Source of the DNA: the human T2T-CHM13v2.0 reference genome, Homo sapiens
Assembly (NCBI RefSeq): GCF_009914755.1
Contig: NC_060948.1
Length of the DNA: 64,000 nt
Strand: one strand, 5' to 3'
A program made the position numbers and the translations under genes. Within the stretch, counting starts at the first letter, position 1; each line of letters opens with the position of its first letter. The notes beneath the pieces were generated by a model. It did not search any database. It had not been told where the DNA came from and saw nothing but the letters and a program-made list of their open reading frames with translations. Shown here one piece after another: positions 56,421 to 64,000 of the stretch.

Positions 56421-57017
56421 GTATGCTGGCTTTTATTTTAAAATGGTTAGTCTTTGGAACAACGTAAGGCAAATGTGACTCCCTTGGCCAGGTCAGGCCT
56501 CGTGGGCATAGATCTGCGCAGTCACACAGGGACCTGTGCACACAAGGGTGCCATGCTGCTTTATTGCTGTGTTGCTGCCATCTTCAGATTCTTCATACAG
56601 TTGGAACAATGGGTCGCACATTTTCATTTTCACAGGCCCTCCCAAATTCTGGAGGTGGTCTGCACACCTGGTTTAGTTTTCTTTGAAAATACTTGAAGTT
56701 AAATCCTGTACCTGGAAGACAACAGAAGGGAATTGGCAGGAGGCTACGTGTATGGGTATCCCCACCATGACAAAAACAAGGGCCAGTTTTTACCTGTTTA
56801 GTGAACAGTCTCTGTGCAAATTGATATTTCAGTTTCTTTTCTCATCGCTATGGAAATTGATTTTTCATTTTCTGGTCGCTGTGGAAATTGATTTTTCATT
56901 TTCTTTTCTGGTCGCTATCAAAATTGATTTTTCATTTTCTGGTCGCTATGGAAATTGATTTTTCATTTTCTTGACTACTAGGTACTGATGATTGCAACTC
57001 TCATGTTTTACAAACAG

Positions 57018-57086
57018 GTGACCCAGCACCACCTAATGCCCCCAAACCAAAGCCAGATCCAAACCCCAACCGACCTGGTTTCACTG
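57018..57086 (+). pseudogene. CD99P1: CD99 exon 5-like copy 1 (69 nt, open frame DPAPPNAPKPKPDPNPNRPGFT)
   Basis: CAG|GT...ACTG|GTAAGA with intact splice sites. Confidence 0.88.
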
Positions 57087-58129
57087 GTAAGAGCCTCTAA
57101 CCCTACGGGTGGTCTCTATATTGTTTATTGTAACTTTATTTTATACTTATTCATAAGAATATTAATTCACATTTTCTCATGTTTTCTCATTTCTATCATA
57201 TGACATTTACTGACAAATACTATTCTATCTAAATATATAATAAAATACATTAATTCCTTTAATCCCTAATGTTGAAAACATTGTGTCTTCTGACATTTTA
57301 GAATTATGAATTACAAAGCCAATTTGAGTCAACTTTGTCTACTCTTTTTCATTCCTTTGAAGAGATTTCTGGCATTCAAATTGTCTAGATCAATGCTCAT
57401 GAGTACTTTTATAGCTTTTAACCTGGTTGGTTGTTTGCCCCAGAATTGCACCAATTTGATTTGATACCAGGGTGTCTGCAAATGTCCCTGTCTTCGAACC
57501 TTTTCCAGTAGCAATTATCACCTACAAAACCTTTGTCAAATAGTGTAATTATTATATCAAACCGGTCTTAGTTTTACATCTCTCATTCTGAAATGTAAAA
57601 AGCATAATGCATCCCAATGGGCCACGGAGACTTCTTCTTTTGTGTATTGGATGCTTTGGCTTTGATCCTTCAATTCATGGTGCCCGCCACCAGGCCCAGC
57701 TCATTTTTGTATTGTTAGTAGAGATGGGGTTTCACCATGTTGGCCAGGCTGGTCTCGAACTCCTGACCTCAGATGTTCTGCCTGCCTCAGCCTCCCTACC
57801 TACTGATGTATGAGCCTTCTTCAGTGATTTATCAATATTAAAGATTACCAGCCACTTATTATGAAAATGGTTTTGCACTTTATTTTTGCCTTTGAATATT
57901 TTTAACAGGAATGTTTTACAAGTGGTATGTTTATTTTTTTATGGTGTCTTATGTTTGTGTGGATATCCTGCTTTTTGTAACTTTTTTTCCTTTTAAATTG
58001 AGAATCATTTTGCTATTGTCCCTTCTCTTCAGAGAAGTAAAACCTTCTTTTTAATTTCATTTGAATTGTTTATCACCATAGGTTGATTGAAGGAATGGTA
58101 ACACGTTTTCAATGTTGAGTTTTTTCTTT

Positions 58130-58437
58130 TATTTTCTTTCCTTTTTTTATTTTGGAGACAGAGTCTCTCTCTGTCGCCCGGGCTGGAGTGCAGTGGCGTG
58201 ATCTTGGCTCAGTGCAACCTCCACTTCCTGGGTTCAAGCAATTCTCGTGCCTCAGCCTCCCAATTAGCTAGGATTACAAACATGCACCACCATGCCCGGC
58301 AAATTCTTGTATTTTCAGTAGAGACGGGGTTTTGCCATGTTAGCCAGGCTGATCTTGAACCCCTGACCTCAGGTGATCCGCCCATCTCAGCCTCTCAAAG
58401 TGCTGGGATTACAGGTGTGAGCCACCATGCCGGCCTG
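58130..58437 (-). mobile_element. Alu; a partial Alu also lies at 57680-57797
   Basis: antisense Alu consensus. Confidence 0.9.
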
Positions 58438-59151
58438 AGCTTTTTCTTTGAGATTCGATTTGTCTCTTCCTCTTGTTGATTCTGTCAATGGGTTTCTAAA
58501 GTGTTTTTTCCTTGTTTTTGTTACTCTGAATCCATTTTCATGTCCACTATTTTTCTGTTTATTTCTGTCATGTAGAAGAGATTGTGTATATATTTTTTGC
58601 AATCCATGAAATGATGACCCTTTGTTAAATTTCAATTTTTTTTCTCTTCATTTCTGACCTTTTCTAAGAAGTTGGTCATGTTATTTGGTAATGGGTTTTT
58701 AAAATTTTCCCTGTTCCTAGATTTATACGTTCTCTTTACAGTTTATTTGTAATTTAGTTCTATGGCCTTTGCTAGAAGACTCAGGACAACTTTTAATATG
58801 TAGAGTTGTAAATATGGTAGACAACTTTTTTTCCAGACATTAGGACAAAAACCCAAAGAGATTCACCTTTAAATAAAATAAGTCATTTCAATAAGTGTCT
58901 TTCTCTTCTAGTATACTTTTTTTCTGAACACATAGGTTCTCATACCATGAGATTTCTTATTTCTATACAATGTATGTGAAAAATCATGTGCTTTTTATTC
59001 ATTGCTTGTGTATTTTAATATGGTTTTGAAAAAAAGATTCATTTTGATGTAGCCCCTCATGTTTCTTTCATTTGAGCCTCCCTTATCACTCCCAATATAA
59101 AATGTGCCTCGACCTTAATTGGGATTTGAAAAGCTTGGAACTAGAAGGCTG

Positions 59152-59471
<320 letters not shown>

Positions 59472-59949
59472 CTAGCATGAATGTCACATTAGTTTGTGGA
59501 GCCCAGCTGGGTGGGTAGAGCCACTTTTCAGACACAGATCAGAATCCGTCAGTCACAGATCAGATCACAGTCACCTGCCCTACCTCTTACGGTCTGCCTT
59601 GCTGAAGGTGTTGGGGACCTGGGAGGAGATAATGGGGAATCAACGGGACAGAGTTGTGTGCAGGCAGATTCAGAGTCCCAACTGGGTCCAGGCAGCACAG
59701 TTGATTTACAAATGACATTCTTTCTCTCTCCCTCTTTCTCTTGCTGTCATCTCTTACTCTTTTCATCTGGGGGAAGAATGATGTGAAAATGATCAGGAAT
59801 TTACTTTTTCAAATGAGATCCTAGTCAGTGTGATATTCAGAAAAGTCTTTAGTCATGTGGGTCTCTGGTGATTTCTCCATCTGTTTCCGAGGTCATTCCT
59901 TCCTCATTTCTCAGAGCTTTACTATGAACAGACCGATTCCTTCCTTTAG

Positions 59950-59994
59950 GGGCAGACTTTGACTTAGCAGATGCCTTTGGTGAGGGAGGAAACA
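59950..59994 (+). pseudogene. CD99P1: CD99 exon 4-like copy 2 (45 nt, ADFDLADAFGEGGN)
   Basis: TTTAG|GGGCAGAC...AACA|GTGAGT. Confidence 0.88.
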
Positions 59995-60682
59995 GTGAGT
60001 AACTCGTTAAAGTCTCCTCTGTTGCTGATTTGTTATTGTCACCAAATGACTGTCATTTCCAAGAGACTTATCTCTTTTGCATAATCCATGGATTGGGTTT
60101 ATACAGTGGAAATATTGGAAGTATATGCCTTGTTGTGTTTTATTTTTGTTGTTGTTGGATTTTTGTTTTTTTTCCCACCAATATGCTGGCTTTTATTTTA
60201 AAATTGTTACAGACTTTGGAATGATATAAGGCAAATGTCACTTCCCTGGCCAGGTCAGACTTCATGGGCATGTGACCTGTGATGTCACACAGGGACCTGT
60301 GCATACAAGGGCACCATATTGGTGTATTACTCAGTAGCTGCCATCTTGAAATTCGTCATAAAATTGGAACAGAATCTTGCATTTTCATTTTGTGCAGGGC
60401 CTCTCAAATTCTGGAGGTGGTCTGGACACCTGGCTTAGTTTTCTTTGAAAATACTTGAAGTTAAATCCTGTAGCTGGAAGATGATGGAAGGGAATTGGCA
60501 GGAGGCTATGTGTATGGGCATCCCCACCATGACAAAAACAAGGGTCATTTTTTACCTGTTTAGTGAAAGGTCTCTATGCAAATTGATTTTTCATTTCCTT
60601 TTCTGGTCGCCATGGAAATTGATTTTTCATTTTCTTGACTGCAAGGCACTGATGATCGCCAACTCTCATGTTTTACAAACAG

Positions 60683-60751
60683 GTGACCCAGCACCACCTA
60701 ATCCCCCCAAACCAAAGCCAGATCCAAATCCCAACTGACCTGGTTTCACTG
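60683..60751 (+). pseudogene. CD99P1: CD99 exon 5-like copy 2 with in-frame TGA and a mutated donor
   Basis: CGA>TGA at 60736-60738; GT>AT at 60752. Confidence 0.85.
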
Positions 60752-62743
60752 ATAAGAGCCTCTAACCCTACGGGGTGGTCTCTATGTTGTTTACCTGGCA
60801 GTGATGTCCGTGTCATCTGAGAAGAGGAGATTTCAGGTGAGCCTGTTCCTACTGTTGAATTACAAGGTAATTCCAGTGTTCAAGTAGTGGAAAACCTAGA
60901 TTACGAAAATATGTTTTTGGTTTGGATTTTATTTTCCTTTTCTTGATTTTACTTCAAAGATAAATGGAACTTCCAAATCATTGAATAAGAGCTTTTAGAT
61001 GTAGACTTGATATGAGGAAAAGAATCTGTGTGTTTCCCATGGAGAAGCCAACTTGTTTTAAACAATTAGATTTTTACTGAGTGTTTTTCTTTACATGTTT
61101 GTTTAATTTTTAACACAGAAATCTATCCAGATGGTCTAAATCCTGTTGACATTTTTATGGTTTTTTGCTGGTTATGTTATTATTGGCATAAGAATATTCC
61201 TTGACCATTTTCTCATGTCATTTAATCATTTGTATCATACGACTTTACATTATTATACTACAGACTTAATTACATACTTTGGTTTCTTTAAGTAATCCCT
61301 AATTCTGAAGTTATGTTTCTTCTGATGTTTTGGAATTATCAATTACAAAGCAAATTTGACTGCCCTTCATGCACTTTCCTTTATGTTTGAAGATATATTT
61401 CTAGAGTGCAAGTTGTTTACATCGATGTGTGTGAGTACTTTTGTAGCTTCTGACATGGTTTTGAAATTGCCCCAGAATTGCACCAATTTATTTTGATGGC
61501 GGCGGGGTGTGCAGATGACCCTTTCCTCACACTGTCTCCGATATTGGTGTTCACCAAAACATCTTTATCCAGTAGTGCAAAATGTCATGCTAACCTTGTC
61601 TTAGTTTCACGTCTTTAATTCTGAAACTTGAAACAAAAACAATGCATCAGTGGGCCATGGAGACTTCTTCTTCTGTGTATGGGATACTGTGTCTTTTATT
61701 CTTCTATTCTGGTATGTCCTCCCTGATTTCTAGTCATTTTTGAATTATTTATAGACAGTAAACATTGCCCAATATATTATGAAAATGTGTTTCCACTTTA
61801 TTGTTGCCTCTGAAAACATTTTGAACAGAAGCTTTTATAAGCAAGGCTTGAATTTTTCTTTTTTATGTTGTCTTAGGTTTGTGTGAGTTTCCACCTTTGT
61901 GTAACACATTTTTCCTTTTAACAGAACCATTTTATCACTGTCTCTCTTCCTTCTTGGGAAAAAGAAAACCATCTTTTTCTTTTCATTTGCATTACTTACA
62001 ACTATGAATTGATTTATAGAGTGCTAAAATATTTGTAAAATCGAGCAGATTCTTCTGTGTGCCTTTTTCTCCTGGTGATTTATTTAAATGGATTTCTAAG
62101 GTGTTTTCCCGTCAGTATTGATTTGTTTTGGTGAGTACGATTTTATGTGCGCTATTTGTCTCTCTGTTTCTGAACTATAGCAACATTTTTGTGCATTCTC
62201 TCTTACTCTCCACTGAATGATGAACCCTTGTGAACTTCCAATTGTTTTCTCTTCATTTCTTAATGTTTCTAAGAAGACCGACATATTATTTGTAAGTGAT
62301 TTTAAAATTTGTCTCCTTTTCTATGTTTTTTCGTTGTCTTCAGAGTGTCTTCAGAGTGCATTCGTATTTTTGTTGAATTGGCTTTGCTAGAGAACACATG
62401 ATGGCTTTAAGTATGAGTGAAGAGAGTAGACATTTTTTATTCCTGATTTCAAGGTAAAAACCTAAAGAGGTTCACCTGTAAATAAAATAAATTGTCTTTA
62501 CAAAACCAGATACTCATTCCAAGAAGATCTCTCTATTCTAGTATACTTTTTTTCTAAACATACAATAGTATAGGTTCTCATACTGTGAGACTTCTTATTT
62601 CTTTATACACAATATATTTGAAAAGTCATTGGTTTTTTAGTGATTACTAATGTACTGTTACATGGTTTTGAAAAGTGTTGGATTCAAAGTTTCCTTCATT
62701 TAAGCCTCTTTTTTCTCCCTTCCCCATATAAAAAGTTGATGAT

Positions 62744-63073
<330 letters not shown>

Positions 63074-63605
63074 TTAGAACTGGAAGGCAGCCTCTGAAAT
63101 TATCAAGAATGTCACAGCAGTTTGTGGAACACACCTGGGTGGGTAGACCCACTTTTTAGACACTCTCTAGCCCAAATCTGATCACAGTCATTCTTCCTCA
63201 CCTCTTAGGGTCTCCCTCACAGAAGGTGTTGGGGGCCTTGGACGAGATGTTGATGGGATGGGAATAAACAGGAGCAAATAATGTGCAGGCGAAGTTGGAG
63301 TTCCTGCTCAGTCTGGGAGGAGAATTGATTTATGAATTTCTTTCTTTCTCTCTTTGTATCTATCTCTTCTTTCTCTCTCTCTCTCTCTCTCCCCCCAGCC
63401 ACCTTCTGATCTCTAATCCATTCATGTGAGAGAAGAGTGATGTGAAAATGGTCAGCAATTTGCTTTTTCTGATGAGATCCTGGTGAGAGTCATGTTCAAT
63501 AAAGTATTTAGTCACGTGGGGCTCCAGTGATTTCTCTGTTTACAAGCTCATTCCTTCCTCATTTTCTCAGAACTTTGGTGTTAACAGCCTGTTTCCTATT
63601 TGTAG

Positions 63606-63650
63606 GGGCTGACTTTGACTTAGCAGATGCCTTTCGTGATGGAGGAAATA
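63606..63650 (+). pseudogene. CD99P1: CD99 exon 4-like copy 3 (45 nt, ADFDLADAFRDGGN)
   Basis: TGTAG|GGGCTGAC...AATA|GTGAGT. Confidence 0.88.
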
Positions 63651-64000
63651 GTGAGTAGCTCTTTAAAGTCTCCTCTCTTGCTAACTTGCTTATTATCGCC
63701 CAATTATTATCATTTGCAAGAGACTTACCTCTTGAGAATGATCAATGGAACTTGTTTGCACAGTGGAAACCTAGGGAGTAAGTGTGTTGTTGTCTGTTTT
63801 TGATGTTGTTGGACTTTTGTTTGTTTTTTTTTTAACCAGTCCACTTGCTTTTGTTGAGAAACTCCTACAGTCTTTGGAATGATGTAAGGCAAATGTGACT
63901 CCCCTGGCCAGGTCAGCCTTCACGGGCATGCAGCTTGTGAAGTCACCCAGGGACCTGTGTTTACAAAAGCGCCATATTGGTTTACTGGTCTGTAGTTACC

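Overview
Human (primate) genomic DNA, Alu-dense, recognisable as pseudoautosomal region 1 (Xp22.33/Yp11) at the 5' end of the CD99 pseudogene CD99P1 (MIC2R). The last 10 kb hold a CpG-island promoter with the miR-6089 sequence, a decayed CD99-like exon 1, and three tandem 3.7-4.1 kb units carrying copies of CD99 exons 4 and 5. The most striking unexplained signal is in a second CpG island at about 28.3-29.7 kb: a 42-codon minus-strand ORF (28928-29056, MQSLISPVTKAILVALFIFAILLILYVILWYICRDVDCDHGI), below the ORF track length cut-off. It has a good Kozak context, extreme codon bias and one predicted transmembrane helix. It is flanked by upstream ORFs, a consensus splice donor in the 3' UTR, a repeat-free candidate UTR and a candidate distal terminal exon near 10.6-11.85 kb, so it looks like a microprotein gene in a region I recall being annotated only as lncRNA. 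The rest is Alu, L1, MaLR, MER41 and MER33 repeats and simple or tandem repeats. Almost all ORFs in the supplied track are repeat artefacts. Repeat boundaries and subfamily names are by eye and approximate.
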